Source: Sphaerodactylus townsendi (Eukaryota). From it: DNA of 63,848 nt. Shown piece after piece: positions 13,812 to 24,202 of the stretch (positions are counted from its first letter, which is position 1; the number at the start of each line of letters is the position of its first letter). Location: the NCBI RefSeq assembly GCF_021028975.2, contig NC_059434.1, positions 75,640,001 to 75,703,848 of the forward strand, read 5' to 3'. Both the position numbers and the translations under genes were made by a program. The notes beneath the pieces were generated by a model. It saw only the letters and a program-made list of their open reading frames with translations, did no database searches and was not told the origin of the DNA.

Positions 13812-15749
13812 CTTGCTGAGCATTACTTAGCCAACTTTAAACACTGAAAAGTTACTGATGGTTTGTTGGACTCTGAATTATGGAGAAGAAAGGAAGAGGA
13901 GAGGGTAAAAAATATGAAGCAGCTTTCAAATAGAACAAAATGCATGCAGAGAAAAGGATAAAGGGTTGCAGTGTATGCATATTGTGGCATTATCCTCACT
14001 TGGTGACACATTCCATAGGAAGAAAAGCCTTTTCCATCAATTGGTGTCAATACAGTTTGATTACCGGTATTTACTGAAGCACTGCATTGGCTGGAGCGAG
14101 GAATGCAATTCATGTATATATATTCACTTTCCCGAGGATAGGAGGCACAAGCAATTATTACAACACAGTCTCAGCATCACTCAGGAAATATAAGAGCTGA
14201 TTTAAAAGAAAGGGTGACAGTGCCGTGCGCTCTTATCTGCTTCAGAGCAGAAAGAATGAATCCAAGCAGTTTAATCTCAGAAAAAAACCAATACTTAGTT
14301 TCCCCCCAGATTGCTGCATGCCAAAAAAGAAAGGGGGGGAGGAGCCATCCATGTCACTATGAAATGTTGGTTACTAATGCAATGCTAAGTGAACAGACCT
14401 TCTTTTTTTGCAGAGAGAGCTAAGGATTTACCAAGGGAAATAATGACAAACACACAGAGACGTTAACGGGACCCCAAAATAGAAACCAATGGCTGGCTAG
14501 ATAACCTTAAGGCACAGCACAAAATGAGTTGGGTGGAGATGGAAGCGATTATGTTCCCCTACACTTGCTGTGGCTATTACTGATCAAGAGATCGGCTTTT
14601 CCTCTTTGAAGACAAAATAGCACAGGAGCCGACCACTTGGGCGGGGAAAAAACCGATTTCTCCAGAGACTGTGTTATACCCAATTAAAAATAGTATCTTC
14701 CCTGCCTGCATATGGGTTGCCTTCTTGCTTTTATACACCTGTGCATAAAGAAGCCCAAGCTGTTAAATGCTCCTTATGCTTTGCTTCCTGGCATTGCAGA
14801 ATGTTGAAACTTAATGGCTAAAGAAGGTTAAGGAAATGAGATTGATCTTCAAACTCACCATTGCCAGTACGCTCGTCAAATTAAAATTTATTTGTATTCT
14901 CCCATCCAAGTACCATCCAAAAACCAGCAGGTTGCGGGAGATGGCGTAAGATCAGAAGCTATGTATCATGCTGCCTTTCCTCACAAGAGTAATCCATATT
15001 CCCAATCTTAAAAGGCAATCCAGCCATTTGTATCTCTACCCTGTTGTTGATCAGTTGGTGGACGGAGACGTCCTTGAAGATTGGTCAAGCTTCAGCTTCC
15101 GAAACACCCTCTCACTGCTATATTATGGTAGTTGGTATATAATAGAGTTACGGCTGATTCACATATTACAATGTCCTTATAGCCGCCACGCGCCATGGCC
15201 TAATAGGTTCCATCAATCCGATGTATGACATATACAAGTTTCTCTGTCATGACAAATAGAGCTGAATATGAAACGGAGAGTAGCTAAAGCCCCCTCTATC
15301 TGAGGCCTGGAATTATGATCCAAATCTGGCCCATGCGTGCTTGGTAATTTAAGTTCGGTGCACAGAACCTCTGCCCACATCTGTTGCTCAGATTTGTGGG
15401 AGAATACAATAGCTTTGTAATATGTGAATAGGCCCTAAGAGAATGAATATGATTCTGGAGACCTTATTGATTTTCCGGCTTTTATCTCTGTCACAGGCTT
15501 ATTAACTTTAGGAAAGTCAGTGATTAAACTGCCCACCTCAATGAAATATGTGGATAATACCACCTTATAGTACCAAACCTATTGCAACTATGGTAACATG
15601 ATGGGTGTATGTGAGGTACTACTTAAGCACGTCATATAATTTGTGACGTTTCATTGATGCTAGAGAAAATCGCGGAGAATCAAGTTGCAGCCAATTTAGG
15701 GGTAACCTAGGGGAGTTTTTTCAAAGGTAAAGAGACTAAGCGACATGTT

Positions 15750-15890
15750 TTTTTTGCCATTGCCTGCCTCTGCGTAGTGACCCTGATTTTCATTGGTGGC
15801 CTTCCATCCAAGTTGCAACCAGAGACCCAGCAGCAAAGTTTCTGAGATCCAATGAGACCAGGCTGGCCAGGGCCATCTAAGGTCAGAGCC
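15750..15890 (-). mobile_element. 5S rRNA-derived SINE (degenerate)
   Basis: Reverse complement resembles 30128-30237 (5S-like GATCTCAGAA...TTGGATGG.AG.CC plus GGCAATGGCAAA tail). Confidence 0.6.
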
Positions 15891-16087
15891 CTTTTCCATA
15901 TATACCAATGTGTAAAAATAAAATATATAATTTGGGGGGAGTCGATATCCATTAATGTGCTCCCATCCCTATCGCTGTGCTCTACATGAAAATACATTAT
16001 GTGAGATTTGAAATCCCTACTAGGTGCATAAAGTTAATGAGTATTATAATAGTGAGTATCAATCACTCTCTGGATGCCAGCGTTAAT

Positions 16088-16810
16088 GGCAATCCAAAGG
16101 CAGCGTTGCATCAACAGCTTTTATATATGTGCATAACAGACAACAATAAAGTGCCAAGCAGAGTGAAATTCGTTGCAAAACAAACTGTAAAAATTTCACA
16201 ATGATGCAACTTACAATGGTTTCAATTGCAGCATTCACTTATAATGCCTCCGATACCTCTCAATGATGTCCTCTTATATCTTTAATTATGACGAAACTCC
16301 GTATCCATAATTCTCAAAGGGATAGAGCATATTGTTCTTAGAGACTTGTTCCTATAGAGACTTACATTATATAGGTTTCAGTGCGCTGCATTTACAACCA
16401 TGCCAAACCCATATTTTATATTGCTGAATTACTTTACGTCTGGATGATAAGCAGACTTGGTCTGTGCCCAATCTGAATATACCAGAATGAAGCGGATTGC
16501 GCTATTTTGGCCCGTTCCCGAAACAATCTTCTTCGAATCCCCACTTTCGCTCATGTCAGCCATAAGTGGGATATACGTGCAATATGCATGTTTAACAAAT
16601 TTTAACATCTTATCATCCATGGATATGGAGTTTAAGTCATAAATTAAAGATATAAAGAGGACATCATTTAGAGACATATTGTAAGGCACAATAGCGTTGT
16701 GAATTTTTTGTACAGTTTGTTTTGCACTGAATTTCACTGTTTATGCACTTTATTGTTGTCTGTTATGCACATATGTAAAAGTGGTTAATGCAACGCATCT
16801 TTGGATTGTA
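16088..16810. repeat. Long imperfect inverted repeat (arms ~16088-16310 and ~16618-16810)
   Basis: ATATGTGCATAACAGACAACAATAAAGTGC (~16126) pairs with GCACTTTATTGTTGTCTGTTATGCACATAT (~16745). ATGATGTCCTCTT..TATCTTTAATT pairs with AATTAAAGATATAAAGAGGACATCAT. Confidence 0.85.
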
Positions 16811-19800
16811 GTTATTATAATAGTAACCCTCCCTCAAAAAAAAAACAGTCTTCTATCCTAAAATCTCCGGTTTTGACTCCTTAACAAGTCCTTGAAATGG
16901 AGCTCCAGCACTGCACTCCTTTGTGCTTCTGAACTGCCTGTGGATGAGAACTCCTGATGTACTTTTTTTTTGCTAAATCTCCAAATTAAAGCTTCAGAAA
17001 GTATTGCACTATTTTAAAATTGGAAGTGCCATACTTTTGTTGGTACCTCAATTAAACTATTTAAAAGGAAACAAGTTTGGCTGGGGAGAATGTAATTACT
17101 TTCGGTTAAATGTCTCGCTTTTCATAATCAGTATTGTAATGGAGATGCTATTGCAGGATATGAAGTAAGTAAAAGGCAATAATTGCTCCGCCCTTAACTT
17201 GGTTGATGGGTGCTTGCTGACATCGGATTCATGGTTCCAGTCTTAACTTAATCATATGTGTCAAAGGTGTGGAGGGAGGGCATCATCACTCAGTACTTAT
17301 ATAGGGCTAGTTGAGTCGTTGGGATGTCCTGTTCCAGAAAACTTTAGGGAGAATCTGATAAAAATTGACAGATCTCTGTTGGAAATAGGAATATGGAACC
17401 ACCAGGCTCTTCAGGATTCTGGCTCTGAGACTATTTTGTACTGATTGTATTACTCTGCTGAAACTTGTGTTTTGCACTTTTTTAGGCTATCATGAGGTCT
17501 GAGGAAAGAAGACAGGATATAAAAAGTTTAATAACTTAAGGTCAGAGAGCCAGAATTCCAGGAACCAAGAAATTAGTGAGAAAAGTATAAAACAAAGTTT
17601 ACTTGGATTCCAGAATCCTTCGAAAGTTCTTTATAAGGCATACAGTTTAGTGTCTGTGTCTAGCTCACAATGGGTCCTGACCCAATGCCGGTGATTAAAC
17701 CCATTGCTGCAGCTATGCTCTTTCCACCCTGCTCAACTGAACTGGCAGCAGTAGTGACAAAGTAGTGTTGGTGCATGATCTTCCATTTTACCCTAGAGTG
17801 CTGCTGTGCTGCCTCAATATTCCAGACACCAGAAGTCCTGGGAAATGTAGTTATTTATTAGATATGCAGATTTCACAGCATAGTAGCCATGGAAGAGTTA
17901 TATTTTTCCAAGGCTCTTAACAATTAGGATGCTTTCGATTTCCAAAACCACCATGGCATCGGTCTGCCCTACCAGAGTTGTAGGCCCCTGCTCCAACCAC
18001 TGTGGCTATTACATAAATTAGGGAAGGGAAAAGGAATCTCTAAGCATCATAATGGGATGGAGGCTGATAGGGACTAGATCAGGGGTCTGCAACCTCGCGG
18101 CTCTCCAATAGATGTTCATGGACTACAGATTCCCATCAGTCATGCTGGCCATGTGCTGGCCAGGGGCTGATGGAGGAGGTTGTAGTCCATGGTGTAGAGC
18201 CACAGATTGCTGGGCTGAACTAAACTCAGTCTCACCATCCCCTATCTTGTGGGAAAACCCCTAACCCTGAAAGCCTGGTTTCACTGCCCTGAAAAAAAGT
18301 ATACAAAAAAATGTCCATGATAGTGGCTGTCGAGGAATTTTCCCATCGTCTCTATGGTCTTTACCACAGGGATTGAGGGAAGTGCTGCCATAGCACATCA
18401 CCAAGGAACTGATGGCACTGGCTGCTCCGGGGTCCACCCTCTCAAGGTGCCACTTTCGGAAATCTTATGCCCTCCTTTGAATTTGAGGATGTTTGGGGAA
18501 ATTGTGAATGGCTTAGAAGCAGTGATATTGTTGCGCACTCCCATGGAATTCTTAGCCGTCGAAATCCCCATTGAGAGCTTCCAGACCATCTACAAGACAT
18601 TTCCCTTTAGTTATAGATGGTACGCGGACTAGGCCACACTCCAGTAGCTGGGTTGAGGGCATGGGTGAAGCAGTTTGGAGTGAAATATTGTTGGAAAAAA
18701 CAAATAGGATGGAGCGCCAGCGATATGCCAATTGTGCTAGAAAAAACTAAAAAAAACTTTTAATCCCTAGCGCTTTCTGGGAACTTGCCTGCCTTCCCAG
18801 GCCCAACATTTTAAGAAATGATAGTATTATTTATTCAAGGTTGCACATCTTCTTCCTGACACTTACATCTTATTGAAGCATTTGAACATGTACCTATTTC
18901 TCCTGATGAAATCCAAGCTGGGACTTCACACTATAGAAAACAAAAGTGAACTGGAGAGTTGCTATAAAGCCGAGAAATTCCTTGTACTTTACAGAATTTT
19001 TCCTCATATGGCCCGAATCACTTTCCATTCTTTTCTTAGGGAATGTCTTCCTCTCATCATCATGTTCATATGTCGAAAGCAGAGTCAGTTAAAGTATAAT
19101 CAGTGCTTGCTATTTCCCCCTTTCCTTGTATCCTGTATACGAAGCAAGACTCTTTTTTGTCAGTGTTTTGATTTCACCATTGTGGAATTTTGACATTTGA
19201 GCTGAGGGATGAGTTTCCTGATTAACATATGACAGGGCATGATTTGAATTAAGGCAGGTCTTTGCCAGCCTGCAAAGGTTTCCTGCTTTTATTTCTGGCT
19301 TTCTCTGGAGCATGAATGGAAAGGTTGCTGGTCCATTAGGGAGGAACTGTTGCTTGAGGAGAGAAGGACACTACACAAAGCAGAAGTGATGGTTTGTGTT
19401 TAAATTAGCTTTCCATCCACTCTCCATTTTTGCAATACTTGATAACTTTCTAAGCAGAGGGCAGACTTTAGATCGACAGCAAGCATGTTTTGAATTAGCG
19501 CTTGTATGTGCTTTTATGTCCTCCAAATGACAAAAAGAATAGGAATATGGACTATGCTATTACCCGTTTGTCCATGCTTTGCTGATCAGTTATAAAAGTA
19601 AAATAAAAGAGTGTGATTCAGCTGCAGTTAAGGCCCTCCTAAGTCAGGTCAGTTTCAATGGGAGAAATCTGAACCTGTGCCTATTTTTTTTCCAGTGAAA
19701 ATCCAAGATGGGATTTAACAGGTTGTTGTTATTTTATTGGATCATGCCAAAACGCATCGGTGAGATTCAAGCATGACACAGAGCGGGGAGCAAAAAGAAC

Positions 19801-20133
19801 CAGCTGAAATGCTTGATCATAATCATGGTTTTTATTTATTTATTTGTTTATCTGCAGAATTTGTGCGCTACTCTCGAGGAGAAAATGCTTAAGCCATCTC
19901 ACAAGAAATACAAAACAAACCAAAAACCATAAAAACAGCATAATAATTATCCATGTGAAAACAAGCTATTTAAGATACGCTTTAAGAAAGCTAACATTTG
20001 AAGTTGTCATACCTGAAATCAGGCTATTAGCTATCCATCTTTCCTGTGGTTTGGGGGGGAGAACGAACTTGTTTAAATAATAAGGTAGGAGTGAGAGATG
20101 AGAGGTAGGCAAAGCAGATGGTGTGCAGGTATG

Positions 20134-20179
20134 GAAGGAAGGAAGGAAGGAAGGAAGGAAGGAAGGAAGGAAGGAAGGA
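20134..20179. repeat. (GGAA)n microsatellite running into an assembly gap
   Basis: Direct reading of the sequence. Confidence 0.95.
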
Positions 20180-20276
20180 NNNNNNNNNNNNNNNNNNNNN
20201 NNNNNNNNNNNNNNNNNNNNNNNNNNNNNNNNNNNNNNNNNNNNNNNNNNNNNNNNNNNNNNNNNNNNNNNNNNNN
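20180..20276. other. Assembly gap 1
   Basis: Run of N. Confidence 1.
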
Positions 20277-20381
20277 GTTATGGACTACAGTTCCCATAAT
20301 CCCCTGCCAGCATCATGCTGGCAGGGGATTATGGGAACTGTAGTCCATAACATCTGGAGGGCCGCGAGTTTGACACCTGTG
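20277..20381. mobile_element. Palindromic hAT (Charlie-like) MITE, right part, truncated by gap
   Basis: Hairpin GTTATGGACTACAGTTCCCATAATCCCCTGCCAGCA-TCA-TGCTGGCAGGGGATTATGGGAACTGTAGTCCATAAC. TIR end GTTTGACACCTGTG, followed by TTTTAGAG. Confidence 0.85.
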
Positions 20382-20403
20382 TTTTAGAGGTATTGACATG
20401 AAA

Positions 20404-20682
20404 TGGTGTAGTGGTAAAGAGCAGGTAGACTCTAATCTGGAGAACCAGGTTTGATTCCCCACTCCTCCGCCTGAGCGGCAGACTCTTAACCAGATGTGCT
20501 TCCACACTCCTACATTCCTACTGGGTGATCTGGGGTCAATCACAGTTCTCTCCAAACTTTCTCAGCTCCACCTACCTCACAAGGTGTCTGTTGTGGGGAG
20601 AGGAAGGGAAAGGAGTTTGTAAGCCCCTTTGAGTCTCCTTGTAGGGGAGAAAACATGGTATAAATCCAAACTCTTCTTCTTC
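20404..20682 (+). mobile_element. tRNA-derived CORE-type SINE
   Basis: A-box-like TGGTGTAGTGG, B-box-like GGTTTGATTCC, family body and (CTT)n tail. Confidence 0.8.
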
Positions 20683-20744
20683 TTTGCCTCTTAATTTCTT
20701 TAAACAACATACAGTCTAAAAATATTTTGTCAGTTGCCTTAACT

Positions 20745-20984
20745 CAGGGGGTGGGCAATTATTTTTTCCATGGGGCCGCATAAGAAACAGAAAATATTGT
20801 GGAGGGCTGGGCCAAAAGGCAGGGGGGCAAGGCGCTTTTGAAAGCCCCGCAGAAGCTGGCAGCCAAGGCAACCGGCTTCTGCGGGGCTTTCAAAGACGCC
20901 TCGCTCCCCAGGACGGTAGGGGGGCCAGTCAGGGTCATCCGGCGGGCCGGATGTGGCCTGCGGGCCGTATAATGCCTAGGTCTG
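20745..20984. mobile_element. hAT-Charlie (MER58-like) MITE
   Basis: CAGGGG...CTG ends, GCGGGCCG subterminal motifs, perfect 8-bp TSD CCTTAACT. Confidence 0.8.
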
Positions 20985-21829
20985 CCTTAACTGGTGTTAC
21001 CAATTTATCATCCCCTGGCTTGTAGGAAAGATAAGCTACAGTGTGAACTGTGGTTTGAAATTTGTTAAGACTTCGCTGTCTGAATTACTTGTGAGGGAAG
21101 GGCAAGAGCAGGTGAACCTGTGGACTTCCAAGGTTCATGGCTGTGGCTGCATACAGTTGTGGCAGAATGCCAGGGTTACCAACCTCCAGGTAGGGCCTGG
21201 AGATCTCTTGGAACTGATCTACAGATGACAAAAATAATATCCCGTGGAGGAAGCAGCTGCTTTGGAAGAGTTGACTCTATGGCATTATTTACTGCATAGC
21301 CCCCTCCCCAGGCTCCACCCCAAAATTTCCAGAAAGTTCCCCAGCCAGAATTTCAGCCCAACCTAATGCTGACCGTGAGTCCTTAATTTCACAGCTGGGA
21401 AGGTCCTGTTCTCTAATTTTGGGTATTTAGAAACGCCTAGCAGAACATATATCTTGAGTCTCCCTTGATGACACTGGCTACTTTGTTTTCATAAGTTGAG
21501 ACATTAGGAACCATAAAACCTTATTATCTTGTCGAGGAAATGATTTGCTTCCCCCCCCCCCCCCCCGGATGTGTTCAAAGCAGAGCCTTTTCCAAGAAAA
21601 ATAATGGGAAGGCACGAATTGGAGTGCAAAGGAAGTCTTCAGATGAGAGGCAGATTGATTCTAGTTGGGTTTAAAGTTTCTTTGGAACACAACCTAAATA
21701 CTGAGGTGTTGTGGGGTTTCCAGGCTAAATATTTCCTGTGAAGAACGATATGGTTTCCAGAGAGAGCACGGTGCGTCAATTCGCTTTGAAAGCATGAAGT
21801 TGCATTGATTGTTGTTTTTTCTCTTTCAG

Positions 21830-21884
21830 AACGTTGCAGGAAGATCTTCTGCTCAGTGATAGCGAAGATGGTGAAGATGACCAA
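21830..21884 (+). CDS. AFF1: AFF1 coding exon E (55 nt): (S)TLQEDLLLSDSEDGEDDQ
   Basis: Pyrimidine tract with TTTCAG acceptor and GTCAGT donor. Aligns to human AF4 'SMLEDDLQLSDSEDSDSEQ'. Its first base completes the TC left by exon D (51612-51663, minus strand). Confidence 0.93.
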
Positions 21885-21931
21885 GTCAGTGTGTGTATAT
21901 ATATACCTATATAGTAACATAGATCTGCAAA

Positions 21932-22184
21932 GTATTGTCGAAGGCTTTCATGGCCAGATTCAACTGGTTGTGGTGGGTTTTCAGGGCTGTGTGGCCATGG
22001 TCTGGTGGATCTTGTTCCTAACGTTTCGTCTGCATCAGTGGCTGGCATCTTCTTAGGTGTATCACAGAGGGAAGTGTGTGTAACAGATACACCTCTGAAG
22101 ATGCCAGCCACAGATGCAGGAGAAACGTTAGGAACAAGATCCACCAGACCACGGCTACACAGCCCAGAAAACCCACCACAACCA
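21932..22184. mobile_element. Penelope-like element end, inverted arrangement, with hammerhead motifs
   Basis: Inverted arms, flanking direct repeat ATAGATCTGCA (21919-21929 / 22185-22195), and CTGAAGA...GAAACGTT at 22095-22129. Confidence 0.8.
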
Positions 22185-22214
22185 ATAGATCTGCAGATGT
22201 TGCAGATATGTTGC

Positions 22215-22458
22215 AGGGCTTGGACAGATTTATGGAGAAGTCGATCTATGGCTACCAATCTTGATCCTCCTTGATCTCAGATTGCAAATGCCTTAGCAGA
22301 CCAGGTGCTCAGGAGCAGCAGCAGCAGAAGGCCACTGCTTTCACATCCTGCATGTGAGCTCCCAAAGGCACCTGGTGGGCCACTGCGAGTAGCAGAGTGC
22401 TGGACTAGATGGACTCTGGTCTGATCCAGCAGGCTAGTTCTTATGTTCTTATGTTCTT
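22215..22458 (+). mobile_element. CR1 3' end
   Basis: Near-identical to 38228-38466; (TTCTTATG)n tail. Confidence 0.9.
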
Positions 22459-22922
22459 GTATACTTTTTATTGATTGCTAGATGGAGTGAGTGACAACTG
22501 AAGGCTGTGACAACCTATGGGAGTCAAATCAATTGTTTGCCCATTTCCTCGCCCCCTATCCCTTGTTCTGTGTTAGGTGCCACTCTAACAAACTCTGTGT
22601 TTTATAGTGGCGTGTTGATACTGTATGCTGTTGTGATGCCTGGGCTCTGTTGGTGGGTTTTCAATCAGGTCTGTGGAGAGGTGTATAGGAATGGCACTTT
22701 TGATGAGTCCATTTGGACTAAACTATTGATAAGACTCTGAATGGCTGCTGTATCTATCTGTCTTTTATGGACAATTGTTTTATTGTATTTTGGAATGCCC
22801 ATAAAGGCTTGTCTATGTCTACTTTTTAAAATCTTCTTGACTGTTTCTCCTTCCTAAGCTGCGCAAACTAACCTTCCTCTTCTCTCTCCCTTTTTTATTT
22901 TTTGTTTTTGTTAAATACCCAG

Positions 22923-22960
22923 GTTTCTGATAAGCCGTCTTCCTCATCCACTCCTCCAAG
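22923..22960 (+). CDS. AFF1: AFF1 coding exon F (38 nt): VSDKPSSSSTPP(S)
   Basis: T-rich tract with CCCAG acceptor and AG|GTATAG donor. Aligns to human 'TPEKPPSSSAPPS'. Phase 0 to phase 2 fits both neighbours. Confidence 0.9.
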
Positions 22961-23744
22961 GTATAGTTTCTTTGGCAAGAGCTTGCTAGAGTAAATAGAG
23001 ATGGAAACAAACATGATATGGGTGTGTGTTTTTTTGGTAATGTGGCAGAAATTCTTGTGGGAACAAGGCACATGGAAAAGATAAAGTGGGACCAGCTAAC
23101 AACTTTTCCCAGGTAATTTAGAAGGCAGTTTTGAAGGAAAGATAAAACTGATAGAAATGCATGACATATGCTGGTTTGTTTGGCTTTGGGCAGATGAACT
23201 ACCAGGTTCAAGAGAACGGGGATAATATCAGGAAGCATCATGGAAGAGGAACAGAGAGAAATGTGAATAATAATAAGAACTTATTCGAAGCAATATACTT
23301 TTTTCTCACAAGCAATTTAAGACTTTGCAGACAGACCTGGGCTCGTGCAGACATAAGACATTCTGTGGTTTGCAGACTGGGAAGGCTTTGTGGATTAAAG
23401 GCCCAGCACAGTGTTTCAGAGCCGGAGAAACAATGACTTACCTTTTCAAACCCTGCAACTGGGAAGTACTACTGTATAGGGAAAATGTCCCACAAAGCCA
23501 AGATTGGACAGAAGGTGACTATCCAGAGCTCAGAAAAGTCTACACCACTATATTGAGGGCCTCTGCTTGTCCCTTCAAATACCAGGGGTTGAATCCATAC
23601 TTTGAAGTAGGTTTGCAAAACATGGTCACGACAGATTTGTGTTTGCTGAAAGCTGGCCCTAGTGCATGTCTTAAACAAAGAGAGAGAGAGAGAGAGCACA
23701 TATTATTTGGCTTTCTGCTCCTTGGGCTAGGAAACAATGGGGAC

Positions 23745-24202
23745 ATCCGGGGCGGCTTGTCCCGGGCGCGCCTCTGCCAGGTCACGTGGGGGGCGCAAAA
23801 ACGCAGCAACTCCCCCTTCCCCCCTCACCGGCAGCTTGGCTCACGCGGCCACAGCATCCTCGCTGGGTGGGCAGGCAGACTTGCAGCAGCCAGCAGGACT
23901 GTCTGTGAATGTCCTAAACAAAAGGAGGGGGCCTGAGGAGGAGCTCTCTGCCCCTCCCTTCACAGAGAGACTCTGCAGCCAGCCAGGCGAGGCGAGGCGA
24001 GGTGAGCCGTGTGACTGGGGGCGGGGTCAGGAGCCTGGAGGGCACTCAATCAGATGCAGCAGAGGGGGTGGGGTAACAAAGGGCAGGAAGTTGATAGAGG
24101 GAAAGCAGAGCAAGAGAGAGGAAGTGACGTGCCTTGTAAGGAAGAGAACAAACGCAGCAGAGGAGAGACTCTGGAGAGAAGCGATTAAGGAAAAAAGACA
24201 AG
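23745..24202 (+). promoter_or_regulatory. Candidate gene-internal promoter/enhancer with possible non-coding first exon
   Basis: Local CpG/GC enrichment outside any recognised repeat. E-box CACGTG 23783-23788, GC box GGGGCGGGG 24018-24026, ETS-CRE GGAAGTGACGT 24120-24130, consensus donor AAG|GTAAGT at 24202/24203. Confidence 0.5.

Noticed and set aside
1-20179. AFF1 C-terminal exons (NPFPVPSLPNG, AKKMKQKA, YLEAVLSFIECG, LWEQAE) or the large N-terminal exon in the first block
   Set aside because: A by-eye scan of both strands and the ORF track showed no match, so the block is treated as intronic with unknown orientation. tBLASTn with AFF1 would settle it.
21776-22274. Recurring peptide 'MPATDAGETLGTRSTRP' in several ORFs as a small-protein family
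   Set aside because: It is the translation of the non-coding Penelope terminus and hammerhead.
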